The notes beneath the pieces are model-generated. The model searched no databases. It was given only the letters and a program-made list of their open reading frames with translations, and had not been told where the DNA came from. A stretch of 50,000 bases of DNA from Amphiscolops sp. MND2022. Its lineage: Eukaryota. The stretch covers positions 1-50,000 of the forward strand of contig CAXLNC010001878.1 in assembly GCA_964187785.1 (NCBI GenBank), written 5' to 3'. Position 1 is the stretch's first letter. The number at the start of each line of letters is the position of its first letter. Of this stretch, positions 9,786 to 20,899 are shown in pieces. The translations under genes and the position numbers were made by a program.

Positions 9786-12700
9786 TCAGTTTTCTGATCT
9801 CAGGCCACCGTCAGGGCCGAGGTCCGCTAGAATCTGTATTTCTGGGCCGTCATCCAGGCCTTCGTTCTGATTTAAGGAATTTTCAGAGTTTATCTCTAAG
9901 ACGTTGTAATATGCACAATCTGGTTTCCAATTTGAAGCTGGGTTTCGTCGGAGATTGTAATGGGTGTTTAGGATTTTAGGATTTAGGAACGGGTGTATGA
10001 TCTTCGGGTTCATCTTCGGTATCTGGGACTGGGTCATCTGTCGGGCTTCCTGGGTGGTTACTATTGCTTTCAGGCCCGTGCATTGGGTCGGGGTTCAAAG
10101 GGCTGGGGTACATAAGGGCATCGTTTGTTTCCGGTGCCTGGGGTATTACTTCGGGTTCGGGTGACTGGCTATTTCCGGGGTGGGTAGGTTCTTGATAAAG
10201 TTCTTGCCAAGCCATTGCGAAGAGGTCATCGTGCTGTATGATTACCTCCGTGTCCTGCTGGAAATCTTTAGGCGAAACTGAGATGTCAGGCAGTTTGTGG
10301 CTGCTTGCGAATGGCCTCAGTCTGATTCTGTGCAGGATCTGGGTGAGGTTCGTTTGGAGTTTTCAGATTAAATAATTATTATTGGGTAGGGCTTTGACCA
10401 CGATATATGGTCCCGTCCAAAGGTATTCCCGAAACGGCAGTTTTGTCGCTTGGCTATGCGCCTTTGGATGCAATGCATAGCAGTAGTCGTTTACTACTAG
10501 TGGGTTTGCTGGTGCCTTTCTGTCGTAATAGCGTTTATGACGTACATAGGCCTGCATCAGTGCTTGCTGACTTTGGTTGAGGATTTGTCGTGTTTGCTGC
10601 AACACTTCCTCAGCTATTTCGTGATTGATTGTGGTAGGGGGCTGTGGTTTGAGTCCGTATTTCAAATCGAGTACGTTGTAAGGCACTCTTCCGTGAAACA
10701 CCCTGCTGGGTTCGCAGCCTAGGGATGTGTGGTAGGAGGTATTGTAGTTCAATACTGCCATCGGTAGGAATTGGTGCCACATAGTGCGTCGTTCTCCTGT
10801 CATGATTTTGAGACTTTCTTTCAGGGAGGCGTGAGTCCTCTCTTCAGGATGCCGATCGTCTGGGCATGTTTTGTGGTGGCGTGTTTCAATTGGATTCCCA
10901 ATGCTGCTGTGGTTTGATGCATTGCTTCTGATATAAATTGGGATCCCTTGTCGGTTCTTATTGTTGTGGGTAAGTAGCAATGCCTGGTTATGATGTCTGT
11001 GAGGACTCGTGTGACTGTCTTGGTATCGATTCTGGTGACACTGTATGCGAATAGATATCTGGAGAACACGTCCATTGCAGTAATGACTGCGGTATAGCCT
11101 CCTGATGGTTCATCAAAAGGGACTATGTCCATCTGGAGTGCATCTTCGGGTCCCATTGCTACTTTTGACATGTCGATCAGCGGTGGTGTGATGGTACTGT
11201 TGGGTGTTCTCTTTGTCTGGGCACATTCCATACAGTGCGCTATATGGTTAGCTATTCGGGCGGCAAGTCCTGGGAAGTAGTACTTCTCGCGGCATTGTTG
11301 GATAGTTTTGGCTATTCCCTGGTGTTTTCCATATTTTCCATGGTGGTGTTGTATAAATTCATCGACTAGTTGTTGGGGGAGCAGCACTTGTAAATATTTG
11401 ACTTTCCCAGTGTCCCCAAAGTATTGCCTATATAGGAGTCCATCTTTGATGATGATCCTATCTTCTTGGGCTAGGTACTTCGTTGCTCTAGGATCGTCAT
11501 TGAGGAGTTGGGTGTCGTACGGTTCCTTCAATATTTTGAGCTTGAGGTTTCTGAGGACGGGGTCCTGGTCCTGGTGTGGTCTTAGGCTGCGAGGAAAATT
11601 GGTTTCGTTGTGTAGCTGACGCCTTTGTTCCTGTTCCGGGTCTTGGATGTTGTTGCAAACCAGGGGCAGATTCTCTGTTTGTGAGCTTGGTTCGGTGGTA
11701 TCGATTTGAGGATCAGTTGGCTGTTCTTGGGGTTATAGATTTTCTTTCGGGCACTTTGTTTGCGTTCCCAGATATCTTCTTCAGTTTCGGAATCGTCTTC
11801 TGGCAAAAAGTTGAATTGATCCTCCTCATGTATATCTGAGGATTGGATGTTCACTTGGATGGGCGTGGTCTGGATATCTTCCCTGATTTGGAGAAGGACT
11901 TTTTCCTTTGGATTGATGTCCAATCGGGAGAGGAAGTCTGCCGCCATGTTCATCCTTCCTGGCACATGGGCAATTTTGAAGTGAAATTGAAGCACAAAAT
12001 CACAGGCGTTCCACAGGGAGGGTGGGATCATTTTGGTTTGAAAAAACCTTGTGACTGATTTATTGTCTGTTAGGACGATGGTTGGTTTGGAGGAACCCCA
12101 CAAGATGTGGCTATATTCCATGAAGGCGAAATAAATGGCTAAAAACTCCTTGGCATAAATTGACATTTTCAATTGTGACGGGGAGAAAGTTTTAGAGCCA
12201 AATGCCACGGGGGCATATGTTTTCTTGGTGGAGGTGAGTTTCTGTTCTGGGTTTTCTTCGGTCATCAAGGCATATCCAGCGTTCTTGAAGTTCGCATCAG
12301 TCATTAGGACATACTGCCGGTTTGGCAGCGGCTGTTTGAGCCAGAGGTCACATGCGTTGTCTAACGACTTATTGATGGCTTCGAAGTTGGTTATGAGTTC
12401 TTGATCTATTTTGGCAGGTTTGTCGGATTTGATGCGTTCGTGGAAAGGGGCTATCTTCTCGGATAATCGGGGAATGTAATTTCTGTAATAGTTTACGAAT
12501 CCGATGTATCGTTGAAGTCCTTTCTTCGTTCGAGGAAACTTGAGTGTTTGCAAGTATTTCAGGATCTTGTGGCTCTGGGGTGCCACTCCTGATGGGGAGA
12601 TCGTTCGCCCAAAGAATTCGACTTCCTTGGCGCCGAACTGACATTTCGCCATTGTGAGTCGGAGTCCTGCGGTACGGATGCATTGGAAAACCTCTCTCAA

Positions 12701-15365
12701 ATTGTTTTTCAACTCTTCGGGAGTGTTTGTGGCGATTCCAATGTCGTCCACGTATTGGGCGCATTTGTCCGCCTTTATGGCTTTGTCCAGGTATTCCCTC
12801 ATGAAACTTGAGAAGGACGATAGTGAGCGGCTCAGTCCTTGGGCCAGTCTCAGGTACGCGAACGTTCTGCTGGCAAAGTTGAAGGCTAGGAGCTGGACGG
12901 ACTTCTTGTCTGCCATCTGCAGTACGTGGTAAGCTTGTGAGCAATGAAGCTTACAAAACAACTTCTTGCCGGCGAGGTGTTGTGCAGCGTCGGTCAGTGT
13001 GCTGACTGGATGGTTATTGTTAATATAGTCATCGGAGATCAAATTGTTGATCTTTCGGAGGTCCACTAGGAGGCGCAGTCGTCCATTTGGTTTGCGCTGG
13101 GCGAAGATCGGGCTGGCGTACTTGCTGAACGGGAGGGTTGTTATGATCCCGAAGTAATGCATTAATGCTAGTTCCACTGTCAAGTCCTCTTTCAAGTTAA
13201 TAGGGCAGGGCAGGCTTTGCGAGTAGACTGGTTCGTCCGTTTTCGGCGTGAGTTTGATTTTGAAGTCATGGTTAATTCCGATGTCCAATCGGTGCCTCGC
13301 AAAAATGTCATTGAACTCTATCAGTATTTCTTGAATGTCTTTCTGGTCATTTTCTGTTAGCTGGGAGTCATCCCATTTGAAGTTTTTGAGAAATGCTTCT
13401 CGGTCTTCTGCACTGTTGTTGGGGTCCAGCTTCTGGATCTCTTCCAGTTCCTTGATTTCCCTCAGTATCCTGCTCTGGATTGGCGTGTGAGTATTTGGGT
13501 CTCCAGGGTTATCTGGTGTGGGGAATCAAAAGTTTTGACTGTGAGAAGATTGGTCAGAAGTTTTCAGGAGTTCGTTGATGTATATTATTGCGTCTTCTGA
13601 GTCGTCCTCCGTGAGTACTTTTAGTGCTGCTGTGTTGAGTGGTTTGAGTTCTTTGGCTTCTTCGGGTGACATGATTTTGAACTCGGCAACAGTTGTATTC
13701 TTTTTTATGGTGTAAGGCGTGGGGGTAGTGTTGGTTACTCTGACGTCAATTTTCCGGTTGGAGGCCGTGGATATCGAGCTGGCTACGACCAAAGGGTCAC
13801 CGCTGCAATGGTTGGTGGCTGGGTTGATGACACCGGTTGTGTCGATGGTAGATGTTATGTCCGTGTAGGCGGTGATTGTCTGGGTTGTCTCGGGAGGAAT
13901 GGTGAGTGGACTCTTGAATTGTACTTTGTATAGTTTCCTGTTGCGGGTATATTCATCGGTTTCAATCGAGTACGTTAGATGGGGGAAGTGGAGTAGGCCT
14001 TGGCTTACATCTAGGATGGCGCTGTTGTTTTTCAGGAATGTGAGGCCGAGTATTGGGCCTGTGAGTCGTTTTGCGACGATGAACGTTTCTTTGAAATTCC
14101 AGTCCCCGATTTCGAATTGGAGGATTATGGTCTTGGTGGGGGTTTCAATGTCGCCGTTTGCGACTTGGAGTTTGAACGGGGGTGGTTCCAGTTCTTTGAC
14201 TATGTCCTTGGGGGACATCTTACAAGATTTTGTTGTAATCGGTTTCGGAGATGCAGTTGACCAGTGCTCCGGAGTCGATGAGGGCGTCCAGGGTCAAGTC
14301 CTGGAAGTCCATTGGGGCGAATAGCATCTTCTTTTTCTTCTTAAGGGTCACCGCTGAGAAGATTGGAATGCATTCTTCTTTGGTGATGGGGTCTCTTGTG
14401 AGGTATTCTGCAATCTGAGCCATGGGGTAGGACTGGGGTTCGTCCTGTGTCGGTGTGTCGTTTACAGCACCTGAGGGGGATTCAGATTGCATGTTGGTTT
14501 CGGCAGCCGTAATGGGTCGAGGGTCCTCGACTTCATTTGCGGGCTGACTTCTTGTGGAGGAGGGTGAGGGCGACGCCTCGTTGTAGGAGAGGGGCTCTAG
14601 GAGTAGAGACCTTTTTATTCTCCTTGTTTGCGGTGTGGAGATTGTTATCTCCGTGTTGGTTGTAGTTTGGGTCAGGTCCACGGCTTCAGTCGTGGTCCTG
14701 CCGGTGAGCTGTTGGGTTTGGTGACAGTCTGGTGCCACGTCCACTGTTGGGGATCGTATGATTCCGGCTCTGATGGGGTTGGCTGTTTGGTGTTTTGGTG
14801 GTGATTGTGGAGCCGTAGTTTGGGATCCATGGTTTTTGAGTATGGACTTTGGCTTGTTAGTCGGTTCATCGACTAGTATTTCCGTCACTCGTTCTGTGTC
14901 TGGGTCGTACTCTGGGACCGGTTGGATGGTTTTCGGTCTGTGTCGTGGTTCTGTTGATATGTTCATCCCGGTTGTCTTGATGAATTCCTCAAATGGCGTG
15001 CACTCTCGTTGTTTAAAGGTTAAAGTCGTTTTGTCGTAGATTTTGGGGTTGTGGTAGGGGTCGCAGTTGAAGTCGGGGTCATGTATATAGGTTTCAGGGG
15101 CAGTAGTTTCGGGTAGTGGTCGGTTTGGAGTGTCGTAGTCGTTCGGGTTGTTAAGGTACCATTGTGGGTAGTCTTTTTTGGTCGTATTCTGACGGTTGTA
15201 CTTATGGAGCCTGTGAATTTGCCATCTTCGCTGCCAGTCGAGAGATGGTTGTTCACAGCGCACGGTGATTTCTTCATGATCGTAAGAGTATGGGGGTTCC
15301 GATGTTGTGAAGTGTCGTGTGTCGACCTCCTTCCCAAACTGAAGATGTGGCGAATTTAGTTTTTT
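9786..15365 (-). pseudogene. pol: Gypsy-A pol: long N-terminal extension, aspartic protease, dUTPase-like region, RT, RNase H, integrase; several frameshifts and one stop
   Basis: LIDSGA (PR), LLVDLRKIN and QYVDD (RT), LMTDAN/KEFLA/TDNKS/ADFLSR (RH), H..H..CMEC, MDIVP, TDKGSQF, ERTH (IN), WTGPY and HRIRLRPF. The first RT catalytic Asp reads His (KLHCSQAY). Confidence 0.95.
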
Positions 15366-16912
15366 GACTGATTTGGTTCCTGGGGTTGGTTTTGGGGTTG
15401 GGTTGTCGCTTGTGCAGGTGGCATGTAGCCCATTTGGCTAGTTGCTTGATTGTGGTACTGGGTTTGGGTTTGGGTTGACATTGGGAGAGGGGGTAGGTAG
15501 CCCATTTGGCTGGTTGTTTGGTTTTGGTACGGCGGTTGGGCCGCTTGGAAATTGTTTTCGGCATACTGACCTTGTGATTGTGGAGGTATCGGGATGTTAT
15601 TTGGGGACGTGGCTTTGGGGGTTTTCCACCACTGTGGTCGATTTGCCCAGTTGGCACCTGAGTAGCATTCTTGGGTTGTGTGGCTTTTCTTGCCACAAGT
15701 TTCGCATGGATCGACAATTTTGGTGGGCACCCTGTTACCTCTATTGCGGGCTTCGCGGGCTACTTTCCTGCAGTTTTTGATGACATGGCCGGATTGCCCA
15801 TATCCGTAGCATGGTCCTGACGGTTTGGGAGGATTCGTAGCTTGCTGTGGGTCTAGTGCGTCGATTTGATGCACTCCTGTTATGTTGGTCTCGTTGGGGG
15901 CCAACAGTCCGTTTAACTCCATCTCTCTCTCTAAGTGTTGGACCATCATTTCGTAAGATTCAGTTTCTAACCTTGCTTGGTTCAGGACTCGTTTGAGGTG
16001 GGTTGGCATTTTGGCATAGAAGGACGTCTCGATGAACTTGGGGGCGTCGTCGCCGTATGCTTCTTGAGCCAGCTTTTGATACTGCTCCAAGAAGTCTTGG
16101 AAGCTTTGTTGAGATGGGTCAAAATGGAGTTGTTCCCATTTGCAGCGGGCTGTTGCGATGGATTGGGGGCGGACATATCGTCGTCGGAAGGTCGCTATGA
16201 TGTCATCTAGACTGGCACGGTTTGTGTCGGTCATGTTGCGGTAGGTTTGCAGAGCGTCATCTCTGAGTAGGGAGTGGAAATAGTGGATCTGCTCCTCTTC
16301 TGATATGTTGGGATACACTTTGAGGCTGGTCATGAAGAGGTCCTCGAAGTGCTCAAACTTGTCGTTCTTTCCGTTGAATGTGGGCATGGTTGTTGACAAT
16401 GCCTTGGGCAATCTGGGGAGCCCTATGTTTTGTTGGGTGACATTCTTGAGTGATTCTAACAGCTTGTCCACTATGTGATCCGGGTATTTCTGGTTGGGGG
16501 GCGGTAGGCTCGATGATCGGGGCGGTGCTTCTGTTTGGGGGAACACTCCTGTCACCATGTGTTGACCCTGAGGTGGGTGCAACTCGTTCAACGTAGTTGG
16601 CCTTGATGTCGAGGCTTGATTTTCAGGTTCGTAGAGATCTACTATGGGATTTTCGGATCTAAGCGGATGACCAGACAATGAGTCTATTTTTGAAGATAAA
16701 TTCTCAATCATCTTCAGAATTTCCCTTTGCCCAGTCTCGGCGTCTTTTATTCTTCTACCAACTGACTTTCCGATTTTCTCAGAGATTTCGGAAAAATCGC
16801 GATCGGAGATACTGGGCACATTTTCAGTCCTTTGGCTGGCTGCCTCAGGTTCACCTAACGAACTAGATACTGAATCCCTTCTGGCTTTCCTTTTAGAGGA
16901 TCTTTCGGGCAT
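15356..16912 (-). CDS. gag: Gypsy-A Gag (518 aa), intact ORF
   Basis: Capsid-like core (FNGK..FEHFEDLF), knuckles CYGYGQSGHVIKNC (one Cys to Tyr) and CETCGKKSHTTQEC, Q/P-rich tail. The ATG is inside the 5' LTR. Confidence 0.92.
   Translation of the reverse strand: MPERSSKRKARRDSVSSSLGEPEAASQRTENVPSISDRDFSEISEKIGKSVGRRIKDAETGQREILKMIENLSSKIDSLSGHPLRSENPIVDLYEPENQASTSRPTTLNELHPPQGQHMVTGVFPQTEAPPRSSSLPPPNQKYPDHIVDKLLESLKNVTQQNIGLPRLPKALSTTMPTFNGKNDKFEHFEDLFMTSLKVYPNISEEEQIHYFHSLLRDDALQTYRNMTDTNRASLDDIIATFRRRYVRPQSIATARCKWEQLHFDPSQQSFQDFLEQYQKLAQEAYGDDAPKFIETSFYAKMPTHLKRVLNQARLETESYEMMVQHLEREMELNGLLAPNETNITGVHQIDALDPQQATNPPKPSGPCYGYGQSGHVIKNCRKVAREARNRGNRVPTKIVDPCETCGKKSHTTQECYSGANWANRPQWWKTPKATSPNNIPIPPQSQGQYAENNFQAAQPPYQNQTTSQMGYLPPLPMSTQTQTQYHNQATSQMGYMPPAQATTQPQNQPQEPNQSKN
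15359..15365 (-). promoter_or_regulatory. -1 ribosomal frameshift heptamer A AAA AAC at the gag-pol junction
   Basis: CAG TCA AAA AAC TAA ends gag. The -1 frame (AAA CTA AAT TCG ... GTG CGC TGT) is open and continuous with protease-bearing ORF 14220-15263. Confidence 0.85.
16544..16557 (-). promoter_or_regulatory. Primer-binding site TGGTGACAGGAGTG (tRNA-Leu-like)
   Basis: Directly follows the 5' LTR terminal CA. It is one mismatch from the complement of the typical animal tRNA-Leu(CAG) 3' end (TGGTGTCAGGAGTG, from memory). Confidence 0.8.
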
Positions 16913-18740
16913 TTTTGGGTTTTAAGTTCACAGGTTCAAACTATTCGACGAAGAATGAAGAAAAGACTGAGATTTTTATTCTTCAATTAAGTTTTGTAAC
17001 AAGAGAAAACAAAGTTGCTTTACAGGAAGCGATTATTGAATTTTCAAAATCTGTCAAATTATTATTTTTCTAACTGCACCTATTTAACTTTTTCAAGTAT
17101 ATATACCTTTCACCCACGTGAAGCGGGGAAAAATCCGCACCACTTTCACGTTTTATTCAGCCCGGCGTCCTTCCAAGGCAGAGAAACCGGAAGTTCAGTT
17201 CCGCTTTGTCGAACTCAGGCTCTCAGTTTGTTCATGCTTTCCGAGGAAAGCACGCGTCCACTTCCTGCCTGAGTTGCGACTCCGCTTTCCTTCACCTCCA
17301 ATTCCCGCCTTTTCAGGACGCCGAAGCTGAAATCAGCAATAAAATGAGCGATGATTCAACATTTCGCTTTTTAAAAAGCGGGAAGGATGAAATTGAAGCA
17401 ACGACAATTATGGAAATTAAAAATTTCCCAAAACGATTTAACTGATTTAAATATTACTCCAGATAATAGTTATTTCAACGAAACTGCACTTCGGCTCATA
17501 AAACCACCCGTGGGGGCATGAAAACACTGATTAAGTATGAAGGGGCAAAGCTCGGTCTCGGGCTAGGGTCCGAGACGATTAAGGCAAAATAACTGATTTC
17601 CCAAAAATAGCAACGACTAACAATTTTGTGATTTAAATCAACTTGGGGATGCGGTTCAGGTCATTTCTCAATCCAGTTTAAATGAGGATTAGTTTTAAAA
17701 GGATAGTACAAATCATTAATAGTGATTAAATAACTCAAGTCGAAGATTTAATTCCCAGGCCGGGGTCTAGGCCGTGGTTTAATGCATTTAAAATTAAGTA
17801 TTGCTACATGAATAAATGGTCACAAACTGCATGTAATCAACCACTAATTCTTATTATACTGCGTATTTGGGACGTGGTTTCACTGATGGGACGGTGGGTA
17901 ATCGGGAGTACCGATATTTTCACTTTCAGGATGGATTTGGGCAAATCTGATTTCAGGCCGTGTCCTGGGCTACAGTTTATTACATTTACCAATTAATCTT
18001 GGTTTACATGGGTGAATAGTACTGCACGACACTCTTGACCATTATTCAGTCATTTTTCATTGTGAGCGTTTAGTTATCGGGTAAAAATCATCAACCGTAT
18101 TAACAATTTCTATTTCTACAATGGATTTTATAAATTTACATTTCAGGCCACTTCCTGGGCCGCGGTACATTACTTCCGGTTAAAATCAACACAATTTGTA
18201 CATTACTCAGGGAATTACGTGTAAATCATCATATTAGTTGTCTTTGTTTGCATCAACACTTTTACATGTAATCATTTAATAGCGCGTTCACTGTTGCATA
18301 GTGTTAAATAGCTCATTCCAATTTCAGACCGCTTGCCAGGCCACCGCTTCATTGCGTAAATCTGAGGCCGGTCGCCAGGCCACGGTTCCGCCATTAATCT
18401 TTCAAACCGTTTGCTGAGCGGTGTGATTCTATTAATAAAATAGCACTGTATTATTATTATTATTATTATTAACTGCACTAATAGCTCCGTACTTGTTGGT
18501 TCACTGTGTGTGTACGTATATATTCTTGTATAAATATATGTAATTATTAGTATTTATACATATATAAATATAATTTTAGCTCCAAGCTGATTTAAAGTAA
18601 TATTTTATAATAGCGATAAATTAGTTGTGTGTTGGTTATTTCACTTGCCTTTTCTTCTGTTTCGGTCTAATTCCAATTTCCTTCTTCATAGACCGCGCTT
18701 ATTGTGTGACAGGTTTCACAGCTTAGCTGGGGCTGTGACA
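16558..18740 (-). repeat. Gypsy-A 5' LTR (2183 bp)
   Basis: Matches the 3' LTR except for an 84-bp indel (17334-17417, flanked by GAAAT), a 9-bp (TAT)n expansion and roughly 20-25 substitutions counted by eye. Confidence 0.97.
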
Positions 18741-19130
18741 TCAACTTAACGGAAAAACTGAAGGACGACACAGTGATGTAATGGAAAATTTTCCAAAGAC
18801 TGTAATTCTGTGCCAAAAAAAACACAAAGGGCTTTTGGTCTTTGGCAGTTTCTCGGATCATGGAAATAAATGAAAGTTTAACTGGATGACCCTTTTACAC
18901 ATTTTGTAATACGCTTTAGATCTTTGTCTAGACATTTTAAAAAATTGAACCTTCACGGTGAAGTTTGACATTTCACAAAAAAACTTACAAAACGTACAGA
19001 ACAATTTTTGAAAATTTGCATAAAAGTGCTTCAGGAGTCTTAACTTCTAAAAGGATTCAGGCGTTATTCAGCATTCAAAAAACATTCAGGGTACTTACTT
19101 TCATTTCTACAGACCCCTCCGATTCCCCAC

Positions 19131-19415
19131 CTGCGGCAACGATGGGCTTGAAATAGTAAACCAATCTTCTGATGAACTCCACTGTACACAAAAGACGTCC
19201 GATTTCTTTGACACAGGGCTCATAAAACACATCTTCGTTTCCGTTCTCCCGTCTGATTGTCCTCTTGGTGATATGAACTTCTTCCTGGCTCGAATAACCT
19301 TGCAAGGCATGCCCTATAACGTTTTTTGTTGTCTCCAATACCAACAAAATGAAACTTTATCAATGTCTACCTTGCAAGATTTTTCAAATTGGATGTTTTT
19401 CTTGCTAGAAGAACG
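19131..19415 (-). CDS. Two candidate internal host exons (19415-19371 and 19313-19131; alternative donor at 19099)
   Basis: A pyrimidine tract plus TAG precedes 19415; donor AAG|GTAGAC; 57-nt intron ending TTATAG; donor CAG|GTGGGG. All phase 0, giving RSSSKKNIQFEKSCK-GMPCKVIRARKK...SPSLPQ, which splices in frame to the 2523 exon. A second open frame ending at AAA|GTAAGT (19099) is also phase-compatible. Confidence 0.42.
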
Positions 19416-19602
19416 CTAGGAAATAAGAAAGAAATCAAAACAGGTGGAATTTCAAAAAAGTGGAAAATTCTAGAAAGGAATAAAATGACGTTTGATATCC
19501 GAGCAAAACTTCGAAACTTTTTCATTAACCTTTGAAAAAAGCATAAAATCATGGAAACAAGAAATGTTATGAGTGATGTATACTTACTGTACATCTTGGA
19601 AC

Positions 19603-20035
19603 TGTTTGTATGTTCATAAGAAGTTATTCAGTCTTAAGCAAGAACCTTTATCTAGTTAGAGATGAGATCAATCTTCTTTTAGGTACTTAGCTCAGTTTTC
19701 TGATCTAGCTTTAGTCTTTCTATTCTTCGCTCAATATTGAGAGAAAACAACTCGATTGAGAGATATTAGTTAACTCTGATTATAAAATTACAAGCAATAT
19801 GTAAAAAACCATATAACTATCATTACTCAGATTAATATGAATGTTATTATTCATATTACATAGTCATCAGGGTATATACTTCAGATTATCTGGAAAGTGG
19901 ATTAGTTTAGACTACTTGGATAATAGAAGCATCACTGAATAAATTAGTAGATTACCGATTATTGGAAGCATCGCTAAGTAGATTACAAACTAATGAAACA
20001 TTGACTTCTTGAATGGAATGTCAGATGCCAAGACG
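19603..20035 (-). repeat. Possible 3' LTR remnant of Gypsy-C
   Basis: Position at the 3' end of the Gypsy-C internal region, a CA-type end on the minus strand, and a short purine-rich stretch (CAGGATGACG) upstream. The partner LTR is not in the window. Confidence 0.3.
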
Positions 20036-20899
20036 TCATCCTGAATAAATGCCTAGTTTATAAATACATTTGAGGTAATGTATCATAGCATCACAATCAA
20101 CAGGGTTTTTGTAAAAAAACTTTTTTGCCGATTTGAGAAGGGGGTTTTTGCTCTGAAGTGTTTTCGGGTCATGTTGTTTTCAGGTGATATTGAAGGTGTA
20201 CTTTTTTGAGAAGCGTTCTATACTTAAGGAGTGAGAACAACCTAAAATGGTTGCGTTAACTTATTATGGTTCGGTTCGGTTCACTCTGTAGCAACGTTTG
20301 AAAAATCAGAGTAAATTTTGACTGACCGTTTAGTTCTAGTTAGTGTTTGACAACATGTACTATCTATTTCACTTAGAGAGATCAAATTATATTAAGTGTC
20401 CATTCATCGGCCTTAAAAAACGATTACGATTTGATGCATGAATAAGCTTTAGAAAGTAGGAGACTAGTGACTAAATGCAGTGGTTAATGCGTTATGAACC
20501 AACATTGGCGGATCTTGAACGCTAGTGGAAGAGGTCATTTGTTCCAAAAGAAACAAATTCAACTGAAGTGAAGAAGGACGTTTAAAAAGTGTTTCAAACA
20601 CGAAAGTTCAAAGGTATATAAGTATAATTGGTAAGATATAAGTATAAGTAAGTATAATAGTGTACTAATCACTAAAATCATATTTTGGACGCAAGAATAG
20701 CATCATAAAAATGTTAATAGGAGAGTACACAAGTGAATAATTTGAATAGAAAGGAATTATACAAAATTAAAATTAGATACAAAATTATACATTGATTATA
20801 TGTGAGATATAAGATTATACGATAATAGAAGTATACATGTAAATATTGGATTACAAAATTAAATAAAATTATGTTCTAGTTGAGTTTGAAATACTGGGT

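Larger units (their letters stand above)
2752..18740 (-). mobile_element. Full-length Ty3/Gypsy LTR retrotransposon Gypsy-A (15,989 bp)
   Basis: Two near-identical LTRs with TGT...ACA ends, TCAAC at both 2747-2751 and 18741-18745, a PBS, gag and PR-RT-RH-IN domain order. Confidence 0.97.

Noticed and set aside
12369-12944. 191-aa alternative-frame ORF over RT
   Set aside because: Overlaps the RT frame, has no recognisable motif, and is expected by chance in GC-richer coding DNA.
2752-18740. BEL/Pao, Copia or DIRS classification
   Set aside because: PR-RT-RH-IN order excludes Copia; there is a DDE integrase rather than a tyrosine recombinase; YVDD-type RT and GPY motif fit Ty3/Gypsy.
19367-19594. 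75-aa hydrophobic ORF
   Set aside because: Mostly a T-rich intron/polypyrimidine tract; only the last 45 nt are a plausible exon, and in a different frame.
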